Notes: generated from the sequence alone by a model not told the origin. DNA of 64,000 nucleotides from an uncultured bacterium (GCA_964482725.1 CAYZYT010000005.1:24133-88132); one strand, 5' to 3'. Positions 39,284-49,341 are shown, numbered from the stretch's first letter. Translations and numbers: made by a program.

Positions 39284-42157
39284 TTAGCCGCGTGTCTTCA
39301 AAAAAGCGGCTATCTTCTTTTGAAAAGAGCTGAATCCCGTCGCGAGGTTTGCTCCAAGATCGACCGCAAGGATTGGAAGGCCTTTACTGGAGATCGCCTC
39401 ATAATCCCCCATCGCCTGGGCCCGCTTGAGCTGGCTGAACCCATAGACCTCGCCCGGGATTTTCACATCTTTCAAGTCCTTCACAAAAAACTCAACAAAG
39501 ATACCTTGCTTCGGTCCGCCTTTGTAAAGCTGGCCGATCGAATGCAGATACCGCGGTCCAAAGCCGGAGAGTACCGGGACTTTCAATCCGGAGGCCATCG
39601 ATTTCTGTAACCCCTGGAGAGATTTCTTTGTGACGGATGAGCGGTCCACATACGCCAGAAGTGACACAAAACCGTTCTTGGGAAGTTGAGAGAAAAAAGC
39701 CCCCAGTATTTTCTTATCGCCTGGGGTGAGTGACGCGCCTTTAGCGAGCAGGAGTTTCCCAGGCTTCGGCAGAGCTTTTTTCTTTTTCACATCCTCTAAA
39801 AGCCGGCTGGTGATGTTCTTGGATTCTGTCACGTTCGGCTCGTCGAAGGGATTGACCTTGAGTACCACGCTCGCAAAACTCGTCGCGACTTCCCAGCGCA
39901 GAAACTCCCCTCCCACATTCGATCCATCACTCCACACAAAATCCAGGACCGGAAATCCCTTAGCCTTCAGTCCCTTGATCCGGGCCGCCCAAAGTTTTTC
40001 ATTTTGACCTTTGAGACGCAGCATCACGAATACGCGATCGCTGCCATACCGATCCAGGCTTAGCGGCATTTCATTCGCGACCGGCGTAATACCCTTGCCG
40101 TCTTTTCCCGTGCTCTCGGCGATCAATTGTTCGGCCCAATCCGCGAAAGACGCCAGCTCCGGAGAGGTCCAGAAAGTCAGTTTGTCTTTTCCCTTGAGGG
40201 CCAATGCCCCTAAGAGGATCCCCAACGCGATCCCCTCGTTCTTGGAAATATCTTTCGTCGCCCGCATGGCATCGAGAAAACGCTGGGCATCGTCAAGGAC
40301 TTGCCGCACGTCGATCCCCAAAAGCGCGGCCGGCACAAGTCCGAAGAATGACAGCGCGGAATAACGGCCGCCAATATCCTGCGGGTTCAGAAAAAGTCCC
40401 CCGAAGGACTTGCTGCGTCCCAGAGTTTCCAGAGGAGAGCCATGGTCGGTGATGATCACGAATCGCTCCGCCGCTTTATTTTCATCGTTCTTGTAGAACT
40501 TTTTCACACGATCAAAGAAATACTGATATTGCGAGCGCGTCTCGATCGTGGAACCGGACTTGCTCCCGACGAGGAACATCGTGGAAGGATAGCGAACGAT
40601 CTTTTCGACTTTAAGGATACTGGCCGGGTCCGTGGTATCGAGAAGATGGAACCGGATCCCTTGGAGCGCCCCCTTCACCTTATGAGCGGGCTTCTTGAGA
40701 ATGAGAGACAACACTTCCGCCGCGAGGCTGGATCCGCCCATACCCAGGAGGACAATATCGCGGACCTTTCCTTTGAAAAGTTTTTCCTGCAATTGATCGA
40801 TCTCGTAAAGCTTGCCGGTGATCTTCTCGCAGTTGTCCACCCAACCGAGACGATTGAGGATCACTTTTTGGTGAGCCGCGTCATTCGACCAAAGCGTCGG
40901 ATCCTTCGCAAGCCAGCGGGCATGGATATCTTTTTTCGCGAGCTGCGCGAACGTATCAGCCACGTTTTTTTCAAGGCTTGCCGGTAAGGAACAATTCACT
41001 TTGACGGGTGAGGCCATTTGGGAGTCTCTTTTCTTTTCCAAGGTTGTCATGAGGGATTCAAAAGAATTCACGAACGATTTCACACCGTCCTTCTGCAGAC
41101 GATCGCAGACGGCATGAATATCAATGCCAAAGCTTTTGAGGCCTGTGATCGCTGCCTCGGCCTCCGGGATATTCTCCTCCACAGTCCCCGGGCGGATCTC
41201 GCCATGCGCCAAGACTGCTTCCCAGGTATTTTGGGGGAGTGTATTCACGGTATTTTTTCCGACCAAGGTTTCCACATAAATCAGATCCGAATAAGCGGCG
41301 TTTTTGCAACTCGTGCTGGCCCAAAGAGGTTTCTGGACACAGGCGCCTTGACTTTTCAGTGCCTGAAAGCGAGAGGAACCGAAAAGGTCCTTGAAAGCCT
41401 GATAGACCTTCTTGGAGTTCGCGATCGCGGCTTTCCCCTTAAGATCATTCAGAAGCATCCGCTTGGCTGCATCCCCCTCAGTCGCAAGCTTGGCATCAAG
41501 CTGTTTATCGATGTCCGTATCGATCCTGCTGACAAAAACACTTGCCACCGAATGGACCTTAGAAAGATCGCCACTTTTTTTTGCAAAGATCTCAAGCCCG
41601 TCCAAATAGGCGCCGGCGACATCCCTGTAATTCTTTTGGGAGAAAATAAGCGTCACATTGACATTGATCCCCTCACCGATGAGACGGCGGACGGCAGCAA
41701 CACCTTGTTCCGTCGCCGGCACTTTGATCATCACGTTCGGACGGTTCACGAGACGAAAAAGCCGCCTTGCCTCCTCGACTGTCGCTTCCTCGTTGAAAGC
41801 GAGATTCGGAAGGACTTCGAGGCTCACGAAGCCATGTTCGCCGCCGGTCTTTTTGAATACGGGAAGGAAAAGATCGCAAGCCTCACGAATGTCGCTGATG
41901 GTCAGGGCATCATAGATCTCGACCGTGCTCGCCCCGCGCTTCAGAAGTTTCTGTATGTCCTGCTCATAACCTTCGCCCTGGCTGATCGCCTGCTGAAAAA
42001 TAGAGGGATTGGAAGTCACGCCGAGAAGACCGCTATCTTCGATGTAGGCCTGAAGCGTTCCGGATCTCAAAAGCTTTCGGCTGATGGTATCCAGCCACGG
42101 GCCCTGCCCGGCCTTATAGAGTTCAACGCTCGGCAAATTCGTCATGACTGTTTCCAT
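39284..42157 (-). CDS. Bifunctional transaldolase/phosphoglucose isomerase
   Basis: GVTSNPSIF, VMIKVPAT, NVTLIFS, then GMGGS, SKSGST, GGRYSALS, QLIAESTGK, NPFDEP. Confidence 0.95.
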   Translation of the reverse strand: METVMTNLPSVELYKAGQGPWLDTISRKLLRSGTLQAYIEDSGLLGVTSNPSIFQQAISQGEGYEQDIQKLLKRGASTVEIYDALTISDIREACDLFLPVFKKTGGEHGFVSLEVLPNLAFNEEATVEEARRLFRLVNRPNVMIKVPATEQGVAAVRRLIGEGINVNVTLIFSQKNYRDVAGAYLDGLEIFAKKSGDLSKVHSVASVFVSRIDTDIDKQLDAKLATEGDAAKRMLLNDLKGKAAIANSKKVYQAFKDLFGSSRFQALKSQGACVQKPLWASTSCKNAAYSDLIYVETLVGKNTVNTLPQNTWEAVLAHGEIRPGTVEENIPEAEAAITGLKSFGIDIHAVCDRLQKDGVKSFVNSFESLMTTLEKKRDSQMASPVKVNCSLPASLEKNVADTFAQLAKKDIHARWLAKDPTLWSNDAAHQKVILNRLGWVDNCEKITGKLYEIDQLQEKLFKGKVRDIVLLGMGGSSLAAEVLSLILKKPAHKVKGALQGIRFHLLDTTDPASILKVEKIVRYPSTMFLVGSKSGSTIETRSQYQYFFDRVKKFYKNDENKAAERFVIITDHGSPLETLGRSKSFGGLFLNPQDIGGRYSALSFFGLVPAALLGIDVRQVLDDAQRFLDAMRATKDISKNEGIALGILLGALALKGKDKLTFWTSPELASFADWAEQLIAESTGKDGKGITPVANEMPLSLDRYGSDRVFVMLRLKGQNEKLWAARIKGLKAKGFPVLDFVWSDGSNVGGEFLRWEVATSFASVVLKVNPFDEPNVTESKNITSRLLEDVKKKKALPKPGKLLLAKGASLTPGDKKILGAFFSQLPKNGFVSLLAYVDRSSVTKKSLQGLQKSMASGLKVPVLSGFGPRYLHSIGQLYKGGPKQGIFVEFFVKDLKDVKIPGEVYGFSQLKRAQAMGDYEAISSKGLPILAVDLGANLATGFSSFQKKIAAFLKTRG

Positions 42158-42256
42158 GGTTCCCTTTCTAAATATTTATGAGATTTTCAAGAACTTCGGA
42201 GGGGTTAAAAAACGCGAAAGTATAGCATAGCGGGCCTGCCCGGTTCAATGGAGCTT

Positions 42257-43369
42257 TCACCCAAATTTGAGATCGGGTCTCGATCCCGGATCAAACCGGT
42301 CCAGCGCCTGACGGATCCTGGCGATCAGCTCCCGGACCCCTTGTTTTTGGGTGGCCGAAATGAGAACCGCCTCCGGAAAAACATCCTGGATCCTGGCCTT
42401 CTCAGGATCCCCCAAAAGATCCGTCTTGTTGAGAGCAAGAAGCCTCGGCCTTGCCTCGGCACCCAACTCTTTTAAGACCTCGTCCACCACACGCTTATGC
42501 TGTACGGCATGTTCGCTCGCGGCATCAACCACGAGCAAGATCAGATCCGCATCAAGCACCTCTTCTAAGGTCGCGTGGAACGCCTTCACAAGCCCGTGCG
42601 GTAGATTGCGAATGAATCCCACGGTATCAGAGAAAAGAATCCCCGGACCTCGGCCGTCCTCATAGATCCGCGTCTTGGGATCGAGCGTGGCAAACAGCTT
42701 ATCTTCAACATACGCGTCCGCACCGGTCAACGCATTCAAAAGAGTGGATTTTCCGGCATTCGTGTATCCAACGATTGCAACCTGCCGAAGACCTTTTTGA
42801 CGGCGGCCTTTACGGATCTGCGAGCGATGCGTCCTCAACTTCTCTAGCTGTTCTTTGATAGACTCAATGCGCCTCTGGATCTTGCGGCGGTCCACCTCCT
42901 TCATTTGTTCACCGGGCCCGCGAGTCCCGATCCCGCCTCCGAGACGCGATAGAACCACACCCAACCCCAGAAGTCGCGGCAATAGATATTGCATCTGCGC
43001 AAGCTCGACCTGGAGTTTCCCGTCGCTTGAGACCGCGCGCCGCGCAAAAATATCCAGGATGAGCCCGGTCCGGTCCACAACCCGGACACCGCATTCCGTC
43101 TCGAGATTCCGCGCCTGGACCGGCGTGAGATCCACGCTGAAGATAAGCACTTTGGCTCCGGTTTTTGCGATCTCCTCGCGGATCTCTTGGATCTTCCCCC
43201 CGCGAATGTAGTGACTCGCACTCGGATGCGGGATGCTCGCCGTGAGGCTCGCAACCACGATCCCCTGCGCCGATTCGGTAAGCTCCGTCATTTCCTCAAG
43301 CACCTCCCGAAGATCCGGAAGATCGCGGGCACCGGTTTTAATAATGACAAGGCAGACTTTATCGCGCAT
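42257..43369 (-). CDS. hflX: GTPase HflX
   Basis: GIGTRGPGE, GYTNAGKSTL, FATLD, DTVGF, NKTD; probable start MRDK at 43369. Confidence 0.95.
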   Translation of the reverse strand: MRDKVCLVIIKTGARDLPDLREVLEEMTELTESAQGIVVASLTASIPHPSASHYIRGGKIQEIREEIAKTGAKVLIFSVDLTPVQARNLETECGVRVVDRTGLILDIFARRAVSSDGKLQVELAQMQYLLPRLLGLGVVLSRLGGGIGTRGPGEQMKEVDRRKIQRRIESIKEQLEKLRTHRSQIRKGRRQKGLRQVAIVGYTNAGKSTLLNALTGADAYVEDKLFATLDPKTRIYEDGRGPGILFSDTVGFIRNLPHGLVKAFHATLEEVLDADLILLVVDAASEHAVQHKRVVDEVLKELGAEARPRLLALNKTDLLGDPEKARIQDVFPEAVLISATQKQGVRELIARIRQALDRFDPGSRPDLKFG

Positions 43370-43386
43370 GGAAATCCAGGATGCAA

Positions 43387-43515
43387 GAAGCAGAGAGACA
43401 GAGAGGCATAGAAGCAAAGAAATACAGAAAAGGCTTGTCAGTCATTGCTTCTCTGCCTCTCTGTTTCTTGTTCCCCGTTTCGTGCCTCTTATTTTTTCTA
43501 TGCATCTATGCCTCT
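43387..43515. repeat. Intergenic inverted 8-nt tandem-repeat element
   Basis: gaagcaga gagacaga gaggcata gaagcaaa ... ttgcttct ctgcctct ctgtttct. Confidence 0.7.
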
Positions 43516-44480
43516 TACTTCTTATTTTTCAGAAAGTTAGCTAAGATAAAATCAGAAACGCCCGCTAACGCGGCCGTTTCCGGCCACCAGACCCAACGAA
43601 TGTCCTTCTCGCGTTTAAACCAGGTCCATTGTCGTTTGGCAAAGTGACGCGTCGTTTGCTTGATCCGGTCTTTCACCTCCGAGGTGGCTTTCGGGTGAAG
43701 CATTTTTAGACCCTCCAGAACCTCTTTATAACCGACGCCTTGAAGCGCGGTTTTTGAAAGCTTCTTCCTCGCGAGTTGTTTTACTTCGCGCACAAGCCCT
43801 TTGCGGAACATCGCCTCCACACGCCGGTTGATCTTCTGGTAAAGCGCGTCACGATCCCGGTGAATACCGATCACCATGGGTCTGTAACCCAGCTCACGCA
43901 GACCCGGTGTTTTCGGAGCTGAATCGGAGGCCTTCCTCCCCGACACAAGATAGATCTCCAAGGCTCGTACGATACGCCTCTGGTTATGCGGTCCAATAGA
44001 CTTTGCCCTTAAGGGATCCACCTTAAGAAGACGTCTATAGAGGGCCGGCAAGCCCTTTGCCAGGGCCTCCCGCTCGAGTTCCCGCCGTATAGTGGCATGC
44101 GTGCCCGGTAGAGGAGAAAGCCCCTCCAAGAGGGCTCTAACGTAAAATCCGGTCCCCCCGGCTACGATGGGGACTTTGCCCCTTCGGACGATATCCTTGA
44201 TGGTCTTGAGGGCAAACTGGCGGTAGGCAAAAACCGAGAAAGTCTTCGTGGGAGGGATTAGATCGATCCCATGGTGCGGGATACCACCGCGTTCTTTCTG
44301 TGTGGGTTTCGCGGTCCCGACGTCCATTCCCTTATAGATCAGCATGGAGTCGGCGGACACGACCTCGCCGTCGAGCTTTTTTGCAAGCGCAACCGCAAGC
44401 GCCGACTTCCCTGAGGCGGTAGGACCAACCATGAAAAGAACCAAAGACGGTGTCAAAGTGTCAAAGTGTCTGTGTGTCAA
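43515..44480 (-). CDS. miaA: tRNA dimethylallyltransferase
   Basis: GPTASGKS, SADSM.IY..MDVGTAKP, GGTGFY, VGYKE, AKRQWTWF; start uncertain (lies in the repeat array). Confidence 0.96.
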   Translation of the reverse strand: MTHRHFDTLTPSLVLFMVGPTASGKSALAVALAKKLDGEVVSADSMLIYKGMDVGTAKPTQKERGGIPHHGIDLIPPTKTFSVFAYRQFALKTIKDIVRRGKVPIVAGGTGFYVRALLEGLSPLPGTHATIRRELEREALAKGLPALYRRLLKVDPLRAKSIGPHNQRRIVRALEIYLVSGRKASDSAPKTPGLRELGYRPMVIGIHRDRDALYQKINRRVEAMFRKGLVREVKQLARKKLSKTALQGVGYKEVLEGLKMLHPKATSEVKDRIKQTTRHFAKRQWTWFKREKDIRWVWWPETAALAGVSDFILANFLKNKK

Positions 44481-44482
44481 AG
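44450..44482. repeat. 8-nt tandem array downstream of the four-helix-bundle gene
   Basis: gtgtcaaa gtgtcaaa gtgtctgt gtgtcaaa; contains the stop codon. Confidence 0.85.
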
Positions 44483-44842
44483 CTTTGAACGAACTCCGCG
44501 AATAAACGCCGTCAAGAGAAAACCTAATTCGCGCCGGTTTTTCTCAAGGGCTTCATAATCCATAGGGCTCAGATGCGTCAGATCTCTCGAAAACTCCAGC
44601 AAATACTCCGACTCTACTAAAGATCGGTTAGCTATATTAAGAAAATTCAAAAAATCTTTCTTACTGACACTGGCCTGACCTTCAACGATATTCAACGCAA
44701 CAGAAAGTGCCGCTCGCCGCAGCTGGGAGGTGATTCCGTACAACTCTTCGCGAGGGAACCTATTTGTAACCTTGTAGACCGCTAATGCATATTGATTTGC
44801 TTTGTCCCATACCTGGAGTTTTTTATAACCCTTGTCACTCAT
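44477..44842 (-). CDS. Four-helix-bundle protein (23S rRNA IVP / Avd-like family)
   Basis: L.VW.KA, FPREELYGITSQLRRAALSVALNIVEG, FLNIA..SL.E. Confidence 0.92.
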   Translation of the reverse strand: MSDKGYKKLQVWDKANQYALAVYKVTNRFPREELYGITSQLRRAALSVALNIVEGQASVSKKDFLNFLNIANRSLVESEYLLEFSRDLTHLSPMDYEALEKNRRELGFLLTAFIRGVRSKL

Positions 44843-44843
44843 A

Positions 44844-44876
44844 CTTTGACACCTTGATACTCTGATACTGTGACAC
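44844..44876. repeat. 8-nt tandem array upstream of the four-helix-bundle gene, inverted to 44450-44482
   Basis: ctttgaca ccttgata ctctgata ctgtgaca. Confidence 0.85.
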
Positions 44877-44884
44877 GTTTTTTA

Positions 44885-46546
44885 TCACATCGATTCGGGT
44901 TGGGAGATACCGAGAAGCTCAAGGCCATTACGGAGAACGATGCGGGTGGCATCGGCCAAAAGAAGCCGTGCCTTGGTCAATTCTTTATCCTCGGTGACCA
45001 CACGGTGATGACTGTAGAACTTGTGAAAGTAGGCAGCCACTTGACGCAGGTAATCTGCAAGGCGATAGGGCTCCGTCGAGCGACTTGCCTGAATGAGATA
45101 CTCGGAAAATTGAGAAAGACAACCGATCAGCTCGGATTCTTCCGGGGACGCAAGCAGTTTAAGATCTACTTTTGCGGTAATATCCTGCTCGGCGTATTTC
45201 GACAGGCTGGCGATACGGGCATGGGCATATTGAAGATAATAGACGGGATTTTCCTGCGACTTTTCTTTCGCAAGATCAAGATCAAAATCCAGATGACTTT
45301 CCTGGCGTCGCATCACAAAGAAAAACCGCGCCGCGTCCACCCCGACCTCCTGATAAAGCTCCCGAAGCGTCACGAATTCCCCGGCACGCGTGGACATCCG
45401 CACCGGCTGTCCTTTCCTGAAAAGCGTGGTCAGCTGAACGATCCCGATATGAATGGCTTCCGGCGGATAGCCCAGCACCTGACAAGCGGCCTTGAGACGC
45501 GGGATATACCCGTGATGGTCCGGCCCCCAGAAATTGACAAGCATGTTGTAACCGCGCTCATATTTGGAAAGATGGTATGCAATATCCGGCGCCAGATAGG
45601 TGTATTCCCCCGTAGACTTTTTGACCACCCGGTCCTTGTCATCGCCAAGATCCGTCGAGCGGAACCAAAGCGCGCCTTCACTTTCATAAAGATAGCCCTT
45701 TTCTTTCAGGACCCCGAGCGCGTGCTCCACCTCATTTTTCGCATAGAGCGTCTTTTCGCTGAAGAAATGATCGAAATGAACCCGCATATTGGCGAGATCC
45801 TCTTCGATCGTGCCCATCAGATATTTCACCGCGTAAAGCCCGCAGTAGGCGACCGCCTTTTCTTCGAGATCTTTAAGAAGTGAATCTTTCTTTTCTTTTT
45901 CGATAATGTCGCGGGCGATCTCGCGAACATAATCCCCCTGATAACCCTCCTCCGGGAACGGCATTTCGATCCCCAAAAGTTCGTTATAACGAACCCAAAC
46001 ACTCTGGGCGAGCATTCGCATCTGCCGGCCGGCATCGTTCAGGTAATATTCGGAATGCACGGTGTGGCCCGTGAACTTGAGGATCCTCGCGAGACAATCA
46101 CCCACCGCGGCCTGGCGGCCGTGCGCGATCGTCAAGGGTCCCGTGGGGTTTGCGCTCACGAACTCCAGGATCGTTTTCTTCCCTTTTCCAAATTCCGAAC
46201 GGCCGTAATGCTGATCCTGTTTGTGGATCTCGAGGAGCACAGCACCGAGGTCTTCTTTCCGGAGATAGAAGTTGATGAATCCTCCCCCCGCCAACTCAGT
46301 TTTTTCCACGGGAGAATCCTTAGCGGGCATTTGCTCCAGAAGACTCAAAAGCCCGGCGGCGATCTCGGAAGGTTTCTGGCGTGTCACCTTGGCAAGTTTG
46401 AACGCCACATTACAGGAAAGGTCCCCGTGCTGGCTGTCTTTAGGAGGATGGAGATCGTAGCTGAAATTGTCTGGCAATATTGCACCCTGAGCGACGCAAT
46501 AGTCACGAAGAATGGACTGTAGGATCGTTTCTATGGATTTTTTCAT
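44885..46546 (-). CDS. argS: Arginine-tRNA ligase
   Basis: GGFINF, EFVSANPTGPLTIAHGR, NDAGRQ, MSTRAG, NPVYYLQYAHAR. Confidence 0.97.
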   Translation of the reverse strand: MKKSIETILQSILRDYCVAQGAILPDNFSYDLHPPKDSQHGDLSCNVAFKLAKVTRQKPSEIAAGLLSLLEQMPAKDSPVEKTELAGGGFINFYLRKEDLGAVLLEIHKQDQHYGRSEFGKGKKTILEFVSANPTGPLTIAHGRQAAVGDCLARILKFTGHTVHSEYYLNDAGRQMRMLAQSVWVRYNELLGIEMPFPEEGYQGDYVREIARDIIEKEKKDSLLKDLEEKAVAYCGLYAVKYLMGTIEEDLANMRVHFDHFFSEKTLYAKNEVEHALGVLKEKGYLYESEGALWFRSTDLGDDKDRVVKKSTGEYTYLAPDIAYHLSKYERGYNMLVNFWGPDHHGYIPRLKAACQVLGYPPEAIHIGIVQLTTLFRKGQPVRMSTRAGEFVTLRELYQEVGVDAARFFFVMRRQESHLDFDLDLAKEKSQENPVYYLQYAHARIASLSKYAEQDITAKVDLKLLASPEESELIGCLSQFSEYLIQASRSTEPYRLADYLRQVAAYFHKFYSHHRVVTEDKELTKARLLLADATRIVLRNGLELLGISQPESM

Positions 46547-46560
46547 CGGACAATTTCAGT

Positions 46561-46641
46561 GGATGGAGGATAGCGGATGGAGGATGGCGTCAAACCGCAT
46601 GCTTTTGTTTTACGCCTTCCGCCATCCACCCTCCGATATAC
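46561..46641. repeat. Intergenic inverted 7-nt tandem-repeat element
   Basis: ggatgga ggatagc ggatgga ggatggc ... cgccttc cgccatc caccctc; same unit family as 16114-16205. Confidence 0.75.
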
Positions 46642-46646
46642 GTTTT

Positions 46647-46979
46647 TTAAATTTTTTTCGCTTCTCCCCAAAGCCGCTCGAGGCCGTAGAATTCGCGGGT
46701 TTCATGGTAGAAAATATGCGCGATCACCGACCCAAAATCAAGCAACACCCACTTACCCTCGGTCAGACCCTCGACATGAAAGGCCGGCATCTTCTTCTGC
46801 TTCATATCGTCCATCAGATGCATCGCGATGGACTTCACATGCCGGTCGCTATTCCCATGACAGATCAGGAAATAATGCGCGATGCTGCAATGTTTGGAGA
46901 TGTCAAGAAGCACCGGGTCTTCGGCCTTCTTATCTTCCACAAGCGTTCGTAATAATTCGGCGATCTTTTTAGGTTGCAC
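46647..46979 (-). CDS. rsfS: Ribosome silencing factor
   Basis: DKKAED, YFLICHGNS.RHVK, WVLLDFG.VIAHIF..ETREFYGLERLW; GTG start at 46979. Confidence 0.93.
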   Translation of the reverse strand: MQPKKIAELLRTLVEDKKAEDPVLLDISKHCSIAHYFLICHGNSDRHVKSIAMHLMDDMKQKKMPAFHVEGLTEGKWVLLDFGSVIAHIFYHETREFYGLERLWGEAKKI

Positions 46980-47088
46980 TGTTAACTCACCTTTTCGTAA
47001 GGAGCCTCGACGCAAGAAGCATGGAGGCAAGATTAAAAATTCAACGAATTATAGAGGCAAAGAGGCATGGAAGCAAAGAAAAACGGAC

Positions 47089-47556
47089 CTACAAGAGACC
47101 TTCCCCTCTTAACAAATACAACTTCCATTCGGTTCCGCGAGAGTATTTCCCGACATCACCACTCGCTTTAACAACTCGATGACAGGGCACAAAGACAGGC
47201 ACTCGATTGTTCTTCATTGCATTGCCAACGGCACGCCCCGCATCTTTGAATCCGCTTCTTCGAGCGAGCTCGGAATAGCTCACGAGACTGCGTCCGACAC
47301 GGCTGAGCGCCTCATAGACCTTTCTCTGAAACGGCGTCAAGACGCTTGAGTCTATCTTGACACATTCTAGCGGGATCCCGGGATCACGAAAGTAACGGCT
47401 CAACATTTTTCCGGCATTCCTAAGGAATGGCGTCACCCGACGAGGCAACCGGCTGGGAATGGAGAATTGCTCTGGAAAATGAACGGCTGAGAGACCGTGC
47501 GAATTCGCTTCCAATAAAAAAACTCCCGCGTTTGTTTTTACGAATAGTTTTTCCAT
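47089..47556 (-). CDS. ogt: Methylated-DNA-protein-cysteine methyltransferase
   Basis: TPFQRKVY, SYSELA, RAVGNAM, PCHRVV active site. Confidence 0.92.
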   Translation of the reverse strand: MEKLFVKTNAGVFLLEANSHGLSAVHFPEQFSIPSRLPRRVTPFLRNAGKMLSRYFRDPGIPLECVKIDSSVLTPFQRKVYEALSRVGRSLVSYSELARRSGFKDAGRAVGNAMKNNRVPVFVPCHRVVKASGDVGKYSRGTEWKLYLLRGEGLL

Positions 47557-47605
47557 CGGTCCAGATCTCTGCTTCTTTGCTTCCCTGCCCCTTGCATCTT
47601 GAATT

Positions 47606-49258
47606 CTATCCCTGAAACCGATTCGTGATCGGCATGCGACGACCGAACCACGCTTTTTCGGTCACGCGCAAAATAGGAGGTGTTTGTCGGCGCTTGTATT
47701 CGTTATGGTCGACCTTGCGAATCACATCGGTCACGACGTCTGCGGAAACTTTCTTTCTGAGCTTGCGGATCATTTCATCGCTGCTCATGTTTTTTTCAAT
47801 ATAAAGGCAGAGCACCTCATCCAGAATGTCATAGGACGGCAACGAATCCTGATCTTTCTGATTCGGGCGAAGTTCTGCGGAGGGAGCCTTGGTGAGAGTA
47901 GGCTCCGGGATCACTTTCGTGATCGTATTCCGGTAGCGCGCAAGCCGGTAGACGTCGGTCTTATAAACGTCCCCGATCACCGCCAGTCCGCCCGCCATAT
48001 CCCCATAAAGCGTGCAATATCCCATCGCCAGTTCGGATTTATTCCCGGTCGTAAGGACCAAGCGTCCCTCATCATTCGAAAGGAACATCAACTCCAACCC
48101 GCGCAACCGGGCCTGGAGATTTTCCATGGCCAGCGTCGGTCCTGTTTTTTTTGCATCTCGTCTCTTGTCTCTTGTGTCTTTATTCAGGAATGTCTCGTAC
48201 ATCCCCTTGATCGGCCGCGTCTCGAACTCAATGCCAAGATTTTTTGCCAGAGCCTCGGAATCTTTCCAGCTCCCCTGGGACGAGAACGGCCCGGGCATCG
48301 TCACACCCTTGACGGCCTCTTGACCCAAAGCATCCACCGCGATCACGGCCACAAGTGCCGAATCGATCCCGCCGCTCAAACCGATCACGGCTTTCTTGAA
48401 CCCGTTCTTCCGGAAATAATCCCGCACGCCCATCACAAGCGCCCGGTACGTTTCATCGACCTCGTCACACTTATGCGCTAGGACAATTTTCTCTTTAAGA
48501 AAGAAAAGGCCTTCCTCGAACGCAGGCGCTCGAAAAAGGATCTGCCCTTTCGCATCCACAAAGGTGCTCTGACCGTCAAAAAGAAGATCGTCCTGCCCCC
48601 CCACCTGGTTCACGTAAAGAATCGGAAAACCATATCGACGAGCGTGACCTTTGAGGAGTTGCTCACGAGCGAAAGACACATCGCGATAATAGGGCGAAGC
48701 GGAAATGTTGAGAATAAAATCGGCTTTCTTTTTCGCGAGTGCGGCAAGAGGCTTCACTTCGTAGCGCTCATCCCAGATATCTTCGCAAATCGTCAGACCG
48801 ATCTTATGGCCTTTAAACGAAATCACCTTCGTTTCGCAACCCGGCCGAAAGAAAATCTCCTCCAGAAACACATCGTAGGTGGGCAGCAATTGTTTGTGAT
48901 AGACGGTGCGGACCTTGCCTTTTTCGATCCAGGCCAAAGCATTGTGCGTATTCGCTGTGCTTCGATTTCCATGGATCTTGCAAGGAGCGATAAAGCCCAC
49001 AACCGCCGCTATCTTTTTACTGCGCGTAGCCGCCGCAATTTGATCGAGACACTTCATCCCTTCAGCCAGAAATTGCTTTTTATTGGCAAGATCCCAGACG
49101 GGATAGCCGCAAAGAGCGGCCTCGGGAAAAACGATCAGATCGGCGCCTTGCCGCTCCGCCAGATCGAGCCAACGCAGGATCCTCGCCGTATTACCGGCAT
49201 AATCGCCCACGGTGGGATTCATCTGCGCGATGGCGATCTTCAAGGGGATTTTCTTCAT
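47606..49258 (-). CDS. nadE: Glutamine-dependent NAD+ synthetase
   Basis: Nitrilase domain (FPE, K, TICED) plus LSGGIDS, ENLQAR, TGNKSE, PSAEL. Confidence 0.96.
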   Translation of the reverse strand: MKKIPLKIAIAQMNPTVGDYAGNTARILRWLDLAERQGADLIVFPEAALCGYPVWDLANKKQFLAEGMKCLDQIAAATRSKKIAAVVGFIAPCKIHGNRSTANTHNALAWIEKGKVRTVYHKQLLPTYDVFLEEIFFRPGCETKVISFKGHKIGLTICEDIWDERYEVKPLAALAKKKADFILNISASPYYRDVSFAREQLLKGHARRYGFPILYVNQVGGQDDLLFDGQSTFVDAKGQILFRAPAFEEGLFFLKEKIVLAHKCDEVDETYRALVMGVRDYFRKNGFKKAVIGLSGGIDSALVAVIAVDALGQEAVKGVTMPGPFSSQGSWKDSEALAKNLGIEFETRPIKGMYETFLNKDTRDKRRDAKKTGPTLAMENLQARLRGLELMFLSNDEGRLVLTTGNKSELAMGYCTLYGDMAGGLAVIGDVYKTDVYRLARYRNTITKVIPEPTLTKAPSAELRPNQKDQDSLPSYDILDEVLCLYIEKNMSSDEMIRKLRKKVSADVVTDVIRKVDHNEYKRRQTPPILRVTEKAWFGRRMPITNRFQG

Positions 49259-49341
49259 AGGACGGAATTATATCACGCGCAACGGAAAATCAACTGGGAA
49301 TGATACCCTGGATCGTTCCCCGAAGGAAGTGGGGTGAAAGA

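Noticed and set aside
39284-42157. tal-pgi fusion as a novelty
   Set aside because: Well-known bifunctional protein in several bacterial groups
44477-44842. Diversity-generating retroelement (Avd-like gene)
   Set aside because: No reverse transcriptase and no TR/VR pair with adenine-specific differences seen in the window
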